The notes under the pieces were generated by a model. The model was not told the origin of the DNA. It saw nothing but the letters and a program-made list of their open reading frames with translations, and did no database searches. Source: Eubacteriales bacterium (GTDB lineage: Bacteria > Bacillota > Clostridia > Oscillospirales > CAG-382). From it: a DNA stretch of 58,108 nucleotides. Numbering within the stretch: position 1 is the stretch's first letter; each line of letters starts with the position of its first letter. Positions 1 through 8,687 of this stretch are shown one piece after another. Location: the NCBI GenBank assembly GCA_045646465.1, contig JAZRKT010000114.1, forward strand, positions 1 to 58,108, in the 5' to 3' direction. The position numbers and the translations under genes were made by a program.

Positions 1-1
1 T

Positions 2-940
2 GTTACGGAGTACACAAGACTTTATTTAAAACGCAAGGATGTGCGGCGTCCTGTTATAAGCAGTGCTTGCCCTGTGGTATCACGGCTTATTCAACTGAGA
101 TTTCCCTATCTTAGCGAAAACCTGATTCCCATTCTCTCACCTATGGATATTGCCGGAAGAATGGCTAAGGATCAGGCAAAGGCACGTCACCCCGAGCTTC
201 GCGATGAGGACATCGTTACTGTCTTTATCTCCCCTTGCACCGGCAAGACAAGTTACGTCAAAAACGGTTTTGCAGGAGAAAAAAACACCATTGACTACGT
301 TGTATCAATGAGCGATGTTTACTTTGAGCTTCTGGGCGTGATGAAAAAAGAAAAAACACCCATTCCCGTTTCAAGAACAGGTATGATAGGTATGAGCTGG
401 GCAGTCAGCAGCGGCGAAGCTTCGGCGCTTCTCAACGACAGCTATCTTGCCGTTGACGGAATTGAAAACGTCATTAAAGTACTTGACGAGCTTGAAACAG
501 GAAATTATCCCTTCCTCGATTTTATTGAGCTTAACGCCTGCAGCTCCGGCTGTGTTGGCGGAGTTCTTACAGTTGAAAACCCATATCTTGCAAAAGTTAA
601 AATTCAGAATCTAAAGCGTTATCTGCCCGTTATGCAAAGCAGATATTCGGAAGAAGAAATTTCTTCCCTTCCCGACAAGTATTCAACCAGAAGATTTGCT
701 GAGCCTGTCTCAAAGGGCAAAACCGGAGAAGATATGCTTCTTGCAATGTCTAGGATGAAAAAGTCGCAGGAGATTTATTCCGTTCTTCCTGAATTCGACT
801 GCGGTGCCTGCGGCAGTCCCACCTGTGCTTCCTTTGCGGAAGACGTTGCAAAAGGACTTGCTAAGGTTTCCGACTGTCCTATGCTCGGCAGAAAAAACAA
901 GGCGAACGCTGAATGTGGCGGTGATAAAAATGACGGTTGA
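2..940 (+). CDS. [FeFe]-hydrogenase-like protein, sensory (HydS-type) variant. The 5' end is cut by the window edge. C-terminal CX2CX4CX16C Fe-S domain.
   Basis: The frame of ORF 41..940 stays open back to nt 2 (VTEYTRLYLKRKDV...). The H-domain motifs are present in altered form: SSACP, SPCTGK, ELNACSSGC. The C-terminus reads FDCGACGSPTCASFAEDVAKGLAKVSDCP. Confidence 0.7.
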   Translation, partial: VTEYTRLYLKRKDVRRPVISSACPVVSRLIQLRFPYLSENLIPILSPMDIAGRMAKDQAKARHPELRDEDIVTVFISPCTGKTSYVKNGFAGEKNTIDYVVSMSDVYFELLGVMKKEKTPIPVSRTGMIGMSWAVSSGEASALLNDSYLAVDGIENVIKVLDELETGNYPFLDFIELNACSSGCVGGVLTVENPYLAKVKIQNLKRYLPVMQSRYSEEEISSLPDKYSTRRFAEPVSKGKTGEDMLLAMSRMKKSQEIYSVLPEFDCGACGSPTCASFAEDVAKGLAKVSDCPMLGRKNKANAECGGDKNDG

Positions 941-1262
941 GGCACTTCTCAGAAATCAGGACTTTATCGGTCTTTGCATACCCAATCCTGCAAAGGAAAT
1001 CAGCGGCGTTTACGCAGGCGACCTTCTCAGCTGGGTTATGGGACATGCCGAGGAAGGTGAATGTCTTATCACCATTATGTCAAATGTCAACGTTCTTGCG
1101 GTAGCATCCTTACTTGATTTACCCTGTGTAATTCTTGCGGAATCCGTAGAGCCTGACAATGAATTTCTCTCTCTTGCAAAAGAAAAAGGTATCAACGTTT
1201 TAAAGACGGCAAAAAGCACTTACGGTGCCTGCACCGTTCTTTACGAGGAATTAAAAAAATGA
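930..1262 (+). CDS. DRTGG-domain protein (small regulatory or ligand-binding domain)
   Basis: The internal ATG at 930 (MTVEALLRNQDF...) overlaps the upstream stop by 11 nt. The GDLLSWVM...ITIMSNVNVLAVA pattern is typical of DRTGG proteins found in hydrogenase loci. The gene ends in TGA, overlapping the next ATG (ATGA). Confidence 0.6.
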   Translation: MTVEALLRNQDFIGLCIPNPAKEISGVYAGDLLSWVMGHAEEGECLITIMSNVNVLAVASLLDLPCVILAESVEPDNEFLSLAKEKGINVLKTAKSTYGACTVLYEELKK

Positions 1263-2014
1263 GCAGGTATTTCTACGACTTGCACATTCACTCCTGTCTA
1301 TCTCCCTGTGCCGATGACGACATGACGCCGAACAATATCTGCGGAATGGCGGCTCTCAAAGGGCTTAACATCATAGCCCTTACTGACCACAACACCTGCG
1401 GCAACTGCGAAAGCTTTTTAAAGGTTGCCAAGGCAAACGGTCTTATTGGCGTTGCAGGCATGGAGCTTACAACGGCTGAAGACATTCATCTTGTCTGTCT
1501 GTTTGAATTCTTACAGAACGCCAAGGAGTTTTCGGATGCCGTACAGCCTTTTAGGGGAGTTTTTCCCAACAAGGTTGAAATATTCGGGCAGCAAATGTAT
1601 ATGGATGAAAATGACAATGTTGTGGGAGTTGACGACAACTTTCTTCCCATTGCCACATCTTTAGGACTTGACCAAGCGGTAAAGCTTGCTGAAAAGTTTG
1701 ATGCACTCATCTTTCCTGCCCACATTGACAGAGAATCAAACGGTATTGTTTCCATTCTCGGTACAGTACCTACTCATCCCGATTTTCCCTGTATTGAGTT
1801 CAACGGCAAAGAGGACTACGAAAAATATGTAAAGCATTTTCCGCATATTGCTTCAAAGTCCCATATATTTAACTCTGATGCTCACAATTTATGGACCATC
1901 AACGAAGCCGAAAATTACATCGACCTTGAGGATGAGCCATACAGCTCAGACCTTGTAAGGCATAGATTGTTTGAGACTTTGAGAGGCACACGCAGGAAGG
2001 ACGGCAATATATAA
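1259..2014 (+). CDS. PHP-domain phosphoesterase
   Basis: N-terminal YDLHIHSCLSPCADDDM...ALTDHNT and C-terminal NSDAH metal-binding motifs of the PHP family. ATGA overlap with the upstream gene. Confidence 0.7.
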   Translation: MSRYFYDLHIHSCLSPCADDDMTPNNICGMAALKGLNIIALTDHNTCGNCESFLKVAKANGLIGVAGMELTTAEDIHLVCLFEFLQNAKEFSDAVQPFRGVFPNKVEIFGQQMYMDENDNVVGVDDNFLPIATSLGLDQAVKLAEKFDALIFPAHIDRESNGIVSILGTVPTHPDFPCIEFNGKEDYEKYVKHFPHIASKSHIFNSDAHNLWTINEAENYIDLEDEPYSSDLVRHRLFETLRGTRRKDGNI

Positions 2015-2015
2015 T

Positions 2016-2570
2016 ATGAAAGAATTATCTTTGAACATACTTGACATTGCCATGAATTCCGTAACGGCAAAATCAACTCTTATTAGAATTGACATTACCG
2101 AAAATGCCGATGTGCTTAAAATTACTATTTCAGACAACGGCTGCGGTATGAGCCGTGAAATGGTTGAAAACGTAACAAGTCCTTTCTGTACTTCTCGCAC
2201 AACACGCAAGGTTGGCTTGGGTATCCCCCTGTTCAAGCTTGCAAGCGAGCAGACAGGCGGTACGTTTTCAATTGCTTCCAAAAGTATTAACGAGTATCCT
2301 GATGATCACGGCACAGTAACATGTGCTACATTTATAAAAAATCATCTTGATTTTACGCCCTTAGGCGACATAATCGGCACTGTTACAACTCTTATTCAAG
2401 GAATGGGTGAGCAAATTGACCTTGTGTTTACACACAAGTTCGAAAATCTTGACGTAAGTCTTGACACAAGAGAGCTTCGTGAAACACTTGGGGGTGACAT
2501 TCCTCTGTCAACACCGGACGTTTTAGTCTGGATTACTGAGTTTTTAAAAGAAAATTATAATATTACTTAA
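2016..2570 (+). CDS. Stand-alone GHKL (HATPase_c) ATP-binding protein, anti-sigma-kinase-like
   Basis: N-box LNILDIAMNS, a DNGCGM G1 box and a GLGIPLF G2 box. No DHp, receiver or transmembrane region. It starts 1 nt after the PHP gene stop. Confidence 0.7.
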   Translation: MKELSLNILDIAMNSVTAKSTLIRIDITENADVLKITISDNGCGMSREMVENVTSPFCTSRTTRKVGLGIPLFKLASEQTGGTFSIASKSINEYPDDHGTVTCATFIKNHLDFTPLGDIIGTVTTLIQGMGEQIDLVFTHKFENLDVSLDTRELRETLGGDIPLSTPDVLVWITEFLKENYNIT

Positions 2571-2588
2571 GAAAGTGAGGACACAAAA

Positions 2589-2948
2589 ATGAAATCATTA
2601 GCAGAACTCGCTGCCATCAGAGACAAGATGAAAGACAAGGTTTCTCTTCGTGAAGGCACAGGCGAAACAAGAATTGTTGTAGGTATGGCTACATGCGGTA
2701 TCGCAGCAGGCGCAAGACCCGTTCTTAACGCATTCGTTGAGGAGGTTTCCAAGGCAGGTCTTACCGATTCTGTTTCAGTTCTTCAGACAGGCTGTATCGG
2801 CATTTGCCAGTACGAACCGGTTGTTGAAGTTTACAAAGCTGGCGAAGAAAAGGTTACTTATGTACACATGACAGCAGAAAAGGCTCTTGAAGTTGTTGAA
2901 AAACACATCAAGGGCGGCAAGGTAATTGCTGAATACACAATGAAATAA
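2589..2948 (+). CDS. Thioredoxin-like [2Fe-2S] ferredoxin-domain protein (HydD-like small hydrogenase subunit)
   Basis: GMATCGIAAGA...TGCIGICQYEPVV pattern, 119 aa. GAGG ribosome-binding site upstream. Only three Cys are visible. Confidence 0.6.
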   Translation: MKSLAELAAIRDKMKDKVSLREGTGETRIVVGMATCGIAAGARPVLNAFVEEVSKAGLTDSVSVLQTGCIGICQYEPVVEVYKAGEEKVTYVHMTAEKALEVVEKHIKGGKVIAEYTMK

Positions 2949-2969
2949 TTAACGGAGGAAATCAAAATT

Positions 2970-4772
2970 ATGATACGTTCACATGTATTGATTTGCGGTG
3001 GTACAGGTTGTACTTCTTCCGGAAGTGCCAAGGTATACGCAAAGTTTGAAAGTGAATTAAAGGCTAACGGCCTTGAAGAAGAAATCAAGCTCGTTCAGAC
3101 AGGTTGTTTCGGTCTTTGTGCTCTCGGTCCCGTTGTTATCGTTTACCCTGAAGGAACATTCTACTCCAGAGTAACTGAGGACGACATCGCTGAAATCGTT
3201 TCCGAGCACCTTCTTAAGGGTCGTCCTGTTACCCGTCTTGTTTACGACGAAACTGACGGTGCAAAGAACGACGATCAGCCCGTTGCTCTTTCCGACACAA
3301 GCTTCTACAAGAAGCAGAAGAGAGTGGCTCTTCGTAACTGCGGTGTTATTGACCCCGAAAACATCGAAGAATACATAGGCACCGACGGCTATCAGGCTCT
3401 CGGTAAGGTTCTTACAGAAATGACTCCTGAAGAAGTTATCGACACAATCTTAGCGTCTGGCCTCAGAGGACGCGGCGGTGCCGGCTTCCCCACAGGTCAG
3501 AAGTGGAAGCTTGCAAGAACCCTCGTTCAGGATGGCGGTCAGAAGTATGTTTGCTGTAACGCAGACGAAGGCGACCCCGGAGCATTTATGGACAGATCCA
3601 TCCTTGAAGGCGACCCTCATGCTCTTATCGAGGCTATGGCTATTGCAGGCTATGCTATCGGTGCTGACCAGGGTTACGTTTATGTTCGTGCTGAATATCC
3701 TATTGCTGTTCAGCGTCTTAAGATTGCTATTGATCAGGCTCGTGAATACGGTCTTTTAGGTGACGATATCTTCGGTACAGGCTTTAAGTTTAACCTTGAC
3801 CTCAGACTTGGTGCAGGTGCATTTGTTTGTGGTGAAGAAACTGCTCTTATGACATCTATCGAAGGCAAGCGTGGCGAACCCCGTCCCCGTCCTCCGTTCC
3901 CTGCTGTAAAGGGTCTTTACAACCGTCCTACAATCCTCAACAATGTTGAAACATACGCTAACATTCCTCAGATTATCCTTAAGGGTGCTGAATGGTTTAG
4001 CTCTATGGGTACTGAAAAGTCCAAGGGTACTAAGGTATTCGCACTTGGCGGCAAGATTCACAACACAGGTCTTGTTGAAGTTCCTATGGGTACAACTCTC
4101 AGAGAAATCATCGAGGAAATCGGCGGTGGTATTCCCAACGGCAAGAAGTTCAAGGCTGCTCAGACAGGTGGTCCTTCCGGTGGATGTATCCCTGCTCACC
4201 TTATTGACACACCTATCGACTACGACAACCTTCTCTCTATCGGCTCAATGATGGGTTCAGGCGGACTTATCGTTATGGACGAAGACAACTGTATGGTTGA
4301 CATCGCTAAGTTCTTCCTTGAATTTACCGTTGACGAGTCCTGTGGTAAGTGTACTCCCTGCCGTGTAGGTACAAAGCGTCTTTACGAAATCCTTGACAGA
4401 ATTACAAAGGGTCAGGGCAAGCTTGAAGATATTGACAAGCTCGAAGAACTGTGCCACTACATCAAGTCCAGCGCACTTTGCGGTCTCGGTCAGACAGCTC
4501 CCAACCCCGTACTCTCAACACTTATGTACTTCAAGGACGAGTACATTGCTCACATCGTTGACAAGAAGTGTCCCGCTGGCGTTTGTAAGTCCCTTCTCTC
4601 CTTCAAGATTATCGAAGACAAGTGTAAGGGCTGTACAAAGTGTGCTCGCAACTGTCCCGTCGGTGCTATCGAAGGTGCAGTTAAGCAGCTACACGTTATC
4701 AATCAGGACAAGTGTATCAAGTGCGGCGCTTGTATTGATAACTGTGCATTCAAGGCTATTATCAAGGAATAA
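2970..4772 (+). CDS. hydB: NuoF-like flavoprotein subunit of NAD(P)H-dependent [FeFe] hydrogenase
   Basis: Domains in order: an N-terminal 2Fe-2S thioredoxin-like domain (CGGTGC...GCFGLC), GRGGAGFPTG FMN/NADH motifs, the SCGKCTPCR 4Fe-4S motif, and two C-terminal CxxCxxCxxxCP ferredoxin motifs. Confidence 0.9.
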   Translation: MIRSHVLICGGTGCTSSGSAKVYAKFESELKANGLEEEIKLVQTGCFGLCALGPVVIVYPEGTFYSRVTEDDIAEIVSEHLLKGRPVTRLVYDETDGAKNDDQPVALSDTSFYKKQKRVALRNCGVIDPENIEEYIGTDGYQALGKVLTEMTPEEVIDTILASGLRGRGGAGFPTGQKWKLARTLVQDGGQKYVCCNADEGDPGAFMDRSILEGDPHALIEAMAIAGYAIGADQGYVYVRAEYPIAVQRLKIAIDQAREYGLLGDDIFGTGFKFNLDLRLGAGAFVCGEETALMTSIEGKRGEPRPRPPFPAVKGLYNRPTILNNVETYANIPQIILKGAEWFSSMGTEKSKGTKVFALGGKIHNTGLVEVPMGTTLREIIEEIGGGIPNGKKFKAAQTGGPSGGCIPAHLIDTPIDYDNLLSIGSMMGSGGLIVMDEDNCMVDIAKFFLEFTVDESCGKCTPCRVGTKRLYEILDRITKGQGKLEDIDKLEELCHYIKSSALCGLGQTAPNPVLSTLMYFKDEYIAHIVDKKCPAGVCKSLLSFKIIEDKCKGCTKCARNCPVGAIEGAVKQLHVINQDKCIKCGACIDNCAFKAIIKE

Positions 4773-4786
4773 GGAGGTCGCATAAA

Positions 4787-6538
4787 ATGGAAATGATTAA
4801 CGTATTTATAGACGGCATGCCTTACAGTGTGCGCAAGGGTGCAACAATCCTTGAAGCTTGTAAGAGTGTCGGTATTGAAATTCCTACCCTTTGTTATATG
4901 AAGGAAATCAACGAAATCGGTGCTTGCCGCATATGCGTTTGTGAGGTTAAGGGTGCAAGAAGCCTCGTTGCTGCCTGCGTTTATCCTCTCGACAGAGAAG
5001 GTACAGAGGTATTCACACACAGCCCTGCTGTTCTCGCTTCCAGAAAGTCTACTCTTGAACTTCTTCTTTCAGTTCACGACAAGAAGTGTCTTTCCTGCGT
5101 AAAGAGTGGCAACTGTGAATTCCAGCAGCTTTGTAACGACTACGGCGTAACCGACGAACACAAATATGACGGCGATACACCTTGCTACGAATACGACACA
5201 TCTATGCCTCACCTTATGCGCGACAACAACAAGTGCGTACTTTGCCGCCGCTGCGTTGCAGTTTGTGATAAGAATCAAGAAGTTGCTGTTATCGGTGCTA
5301 ACGACAGAGGCTTTAAGACACACATAGGACAAGCATTTGAACTCAATCTCGGCAATGTTGCTTGTATTGGCTGCGGTCAGTGTACAGTAGTTTGTCCTAC
5401 AGGTGCACTTGTTGAAAAGGACGACACAGATAAGGTTTGGGCAGCCCTGTCCGATCCCTCAAAGCACGTTGTTGTTCATGCAGCTCCCTCTATCAGAGCA
5501 ACACTCGGTGAGTGCTTTGATATGCCTATTGGTACAATAGTTACAGGCAAGATGGTTGCTGCTCTCAGAAGACTTGGTTTTGCCAAGGTATTCGATACCA
5601 ACTTCTCTGCTGACCTTACAATTCTCGAAGAAGCAACCGAGCTTCTCAACAGAGTAAAGAACGGTGGAAAGCTTCCTCTTATCACATCATGCTCACCCGG
5701 ATGGGTTAAGTTCTGCGAACACTACTATCCCGATATGATTGACAATCTTTCTTCCTGCAAGTCTCCTCAGCAGATGATGGGCGCTGTTATCAAGACCTAC
5801 TACGCTGAAAAGATGGGCATTGATCCCAAGGACATCTTTGTTGTAAGCGTTATGCCTTGTACAGCTAAGAAGTTTGAAATTGTAAGAAACGATCAGTCTG
5901 CTGCAGGCGTTCCCGACACAGACGTTGCCATTACAACAAGAGAGCTTGCAAGAATGATCAAGCGTGCAGGTATCAACTTTGCTTCACTTCCCGACGATCA
6001 GTTTGATTCACCTATGGGTCTTGGCTCTGGTGCAGGTACTATCTTCGGCGCAACAGGCGGCGTTATGGAAGCTGCTCTCAGAACAGCAGTTTACTACCTC
6101 ACAGGCAAGAACCCCGAAAAGCTTGAATTTACCGACGTTCGCGGTACCGAAGGCGTTAAGGAAGCTTCCTACAACGTTAACGGCGTTGAAGTTAAGGTTG
6201 CTGTTGCATCCGGCACAGGCAACGCCAAGAAGGTTCTTGATATGGTTAAGAACGGCGAAAAGGATTACACCTTTATTGAAATTATGGGTTGTCCCGGCGG
6301 TTGTGTAAACGGCGGCGGTCAGCCTTACCAGCCTGCTTCAGTTCGCAACTTCGTTGACCTTAAGGCTCTCAGAGCTGCGGCTCTCTACGAAGACGACAAG
6401 AATCTTCCCGTAAGACTTTCTCACGAAAACGAAGACATCAAGACTATCTACAAGGAATACTATGGAGAGCCCGGCAGCCACAAGGCTCACGAGCATCTCC
6501 ACACTTCCTACATTGCTCGCAAGAAGGTAGCTTGGTAA
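4787..6538 (+). CDS. hydA: [FeFe] hydrogenase catalytic subunit (multidomain, HndD/HydA type)
   Basis: N-terminal 2Fe-2S domain, a His-type 4Fe-4S domain and two ferredoxin motifs. H-cluster motifs are VMPCTAKKFE and EIMGCPGGCVNGGGQP. The L1 motif reads TSCSPGW. Confidence 0.9.
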   Translation: MEMINVFIDGMPYSVRKGATILEACKSVGIEIPTLCYMKEINEIGACRICVCEVKGARSLVAACVYPLDREGTEVFTHSPAVLASRKSTLELLLSVHDKKCLSCVKSGNCEFQQLCNDYGVTDEHKYDGDTPCYEYDTSMPHLMRDNNKCVLCRRCVAVCDKNQEVAVIGANDRGFKTHIGQAFELNLGNVACIGCGQCTVVCPTGALVEKDDTDKVWAALSDPSKHVVVHAAPSIRATLGECFDMPIGTIVTGKMVAALRRLGFAKVFDTNFSADLTILEEATELLNRVKNGGKLPLITSCSPGWVKFCEHYYPDMIDNLSSCKSPQQMMGAVIKTYYAEKMGIDPKDIFVVSVMPCTAKKFEIVRNDQSAAGVPDTDVAITTRELARMIKRAGINFASLPDDQFDSPMGLGSGAGTIFGATGGVMEAALRTAVYYLTGKNPEKLEFTDVRGTEGVKEASYNVNGVEVKVAVASGTGNAKKVLDMVKNGEKDYTFIEIMGCPGGCVNGGGQPYQPASVRNFVDLKALRAAALYEDDKNLPVRLSHENEDIKTIYKEYYGEPGSHKAHEHLHTSYIARKKVAW

Positions 6539-6578
6539 TTTACTTCTTATTTACTAAAAAGAAGAAGTAAGCAAGAAG

Positions 6579-6606
6579 AAAACCACCAGCGGTGCTGGTG
6601 GTTTTC
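6579..6606. terminator. Bidirectional rho-independent terminator between hydA and rubrerythrin
   Basis: AAAACCACCAGC-GGT-GCTGGTGGTTTT: a perfect GC-rich stem flanked by an A-run and a T-run, lying between convergent genes. Confidence 0.8.
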
Positions 6607-6644
6607 ATTATACAAAAATAGACAGCCTTACTGCAGTCAGCAGT

Positions 6645-7184
6645 TTATTTCTTATTGGTGTCAGTCTCAACTTCAAAATACTGTCTTGCATGATAGCATA
6701 CAGGACACACATCAGGTGCTTTTTTGCCTATTTCAACGTGTCCGCAAACTCTGCATACCCACATTACTTCCTCGCATCTTTCAAACACTTTATCCATTTC
6801 CACAAGCTTTAAAAGTTCAAGGAAGCGTTCCTCGTGCATTCTTTCAATTTTTCCCACAGCTCTGAACTTTTCTGCTATCTTATCAAAGCCTTCTTCCTCG
6901 GCAACCTCGGCAAACTTTTCATACATATCAGTCCATTCATAGTTTTCCCCATTGGCTGCAGCTTTAAGGTTATCTGCAGTGCCGCCGATTTTTCCCAGCT
7001 CTGCCGACCATAGCTTTGCGTGTGCCTTTTCATTATCAGCGGTTTTACGAAAGATGTCAGCTATATAGTGATATCCCTCGCTTTCGGCAACCTCGGCAAA
7101 GTAGGTATATTTGTTTCTTGCCTGTGATTCACCTGCAAAAGCTTTTTCAAGGTTTGAGTAGGTTTTTGTGTTTTTAATATCCAT
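6645..7184 (-). CDS. rbr: Rubrerythrin
   Basis: Ferritin-like diiron E..EXXH repeats (ESEGYHY, EEEGF..ERMHEE) plus a C-terminal rubredoxin CRVCG...CPVC. Confidence 0.9.
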   Translation of the reverse strand: MDIKNTKTYSNLEKAFAGESQARNKYTYFAEVAESEGYHYIADIFRKTADNEKAHAKLWSAELGKIGGTADNLKAAANGENYEWTDMYEKFAEVAEEEGFDKIAEKFRAVGKIERMHEERFLELLKLVEMDKVFERCEEVMWVCRVCGHVEIGKKAPDVCPVCYHARQYFEVETDTNKK

Positions 7185-7222
7185 AATTACACCCTTTCTT
7201 TGATATAATTATGCCACGTTTT

Positions 7223-7264
7223 CGAAAAAAAATACAATAATGCGGTACTCCAAGAATACCGCAT
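7223..7264 (-). terminator. Rho-independent terminator downstream of murA
   Basis: On the minus strand: ATGCGGTA-loop-TACCGCAT, followed by TATTGTATTTTTTTT. Confidence 0.7.
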
Positions 7265-7273
7265 CATCTTTTA

Positions 7274-8551
7274 TTATACTTCTTTAATGGTAACAAGCCT
7301 GATGTCCGCACCAACACCCTGCAGCTTTCCTACAATATCCTCATAGCCTCGCTGAATATGCTTGATATTATCAATTTCAGTAACTCCCGTTGCCGCAAGT
7401 CCCGCAATGATAAATGCGGCTCCTGCTCTTAAGTCACAAGCTGTTACAGGTGCTCCGCAAAGGTTTGCTTCGCCTTCAAAGTCAGCCGTTTTGCCGTCTG
7501 TAACCTGAATCTTTGCGCCCATTCTACAAAGCTCATCGGTATACTTGAATCTGTTATCCCACACGCCTTCTCGCATAGTGGACTTTGACGAAGCCATTGC
7601 CATAATTACGCCCATCTGAGGATTCATATCGGTGGGGAAACCGGGATAAGGTAAGGTCTTGACATTTATTCCGTTAAGCTCCCCTACATATTTAACTCGA
7701 ACAGCATCATCAAATTCCTCAACCTCAACGCCCATTTCAACAAGCTTTGCCGTTATGGATTCAAGATGCTTGGGAATAACATTTTTAACCATCAGTTCGC
7801 CCTTTGTAGCTACTGCCGCAATCATAAAGGTACCTGCTTCTATCATATCGGGAATGATATCATAGCTAACGCCGTGAAGCTCATCAACGCCTTTAACCTT
7901 TATTGTATCTGTACCTGCACCTGAAATATCTGCACCGCAGGCATTGAGAAAGTTTGCAAGGTCAACAACGTGAGGTTCTCTTGCCACGTTTTCAATTACC
8001 GTTGTACCCTTTGCCTTTGTAGCTGCCAGAATTGCGTTGATTGTGGCACCGACAGAAACTATGTCCATATATATGGAATTACCGTAAAGACTTCCGTCAT
8101 CTGTTTCAATATTTACATATCCGCCGTCCTGAATTGACACGTTTGCGCCAAGTGCTTCAAAAGCTTTGATATGCTGGTCTATGGGACGCGCTCCGATTTC
8201 ACAGCCACCGGGATATGCTGCTCTCGCCTTGCCGAATCTGCCTACCTCGGCACCAAGTATGTAATAAGAAGCTCGCATTTTGCGAACCAACTCATATGGT
8301 GCAATACCCGGTGTTACATTGGTAGTATCTATTTCATATGTAGTTTTATCAATTTCCGTTACCGTAGCTCCCACTCGTCTTAAAATTTCAAAGGATGCAG
8401 TAACATCACTGATCATTGGCAGGTTATGGAGAACGCATTTATCTGCAGTAAGAATTGTTCCGAAAATTATTGCAACAGCAGAATTTTTCATTCCGCTGAC
8501 TTCTATATCGCCGTGCAATGGCTTATTGCCTTTTATGACAATTTTATCCAT
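7274..8551 (-). CDS. murA: UDP-N-acetylglucosamine 1-carboxyvinyltransferase
   Basis: Full-length MurA-like sequence (KNSAVAIIF..., PGGCEIGARPIDQH, FPTD). The start is set at ATG 8551 (MDKIVIKG), with GGAGG about 10 nt upstream, rather than the ORF-track start at 8614. Confidence 0.9.
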   Translation of the reverse strand: MDKIVIKGNKPLHGDIEVSGMKNSAVAIIFGTILTADKCVLHNLPMISDVTASFEILRRVGATVTEIDKTTYEIDTTNVTPGIAPYELVRKMRASYYILGAEVGRFGKARAAYPGGCEIGARPIDQHIKAFEALGANVSIQDGGYVNIETDDGSLYGNSIYMDIVSVGATINAILAATKAKGTTVIENVAREPHVVDLANFLNACGADISGAGTDTIKVKGVDELHGVSYDIIPDMIEAGTFMIAAVATKGELMVKNVIPKHLESITAKLVEMGVEVEEFDDAVRVKYVGELNGINVKTLPYPGFPTDMNPQMGVIMAMASSKSTMREGVWDNRFKYTDELCRMGAKIQVTDGKTADFEGEANLCGAPVTACDLRAGAAFIIAGLAATGVTEIDNIKHIQRGYEDIVGKLQGVGADIRLVTIKEV

Positions 8552-8622
8552 TATGCCTAAGCCTCCGATAATCATTATTGTAGAAACGGGAAATCTTTTC
8601 CCAAAATCATTCATTATTTGTT

Positions 8623-8631
8623 ATTATATCA
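8623..8631 (-). promoter_or_regulatory. Candidate extended -10 promoter (TGATATAAT) for murA
   Basis: The minus strand reads TGATATAAT about 70 nt upstream of the murA ATG. The -35 is poor (TTCCAT at 17 nt). A GGGAAA/TTTCCC hairpin (8588..8602) lies in the leader. Confidence 0.3.
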
Positions 8632-8687
8632 CATTAAATACAAAAATGGAATACTTTTTTTACATATTTTAAGGTTTAGAAAAAAAT

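Noticed and set aside
804-929. Long N-terminal extensions suggested by the ORF track: DRTGG from 804, murA from 8614, infB from 14442, rpoD from 26107, ackA from 37648, tktC from 38658, the HlyD-like gene from 48179, cca from 51244, the permease from 53517 and GntR from 54828.
   Set aside because: In each case an internal start codon has a Shine-Dalgarno sequence at proper spacing. That start also matches the usual N-terminus of the family, or it avoids a long overlap with the upstream gene or with the gene's own predicted promoter.
6540-6570. A 9-bp hairpin TTACTTCTT-13 nt-AAGAAGTAA directly after the hydA stop codon.
   Set aside because: It is AT-rich with a large loop and has no U-tract on either strand. 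The adjacent GC-rich hairpin at 6579..6606 is the credible terminator.
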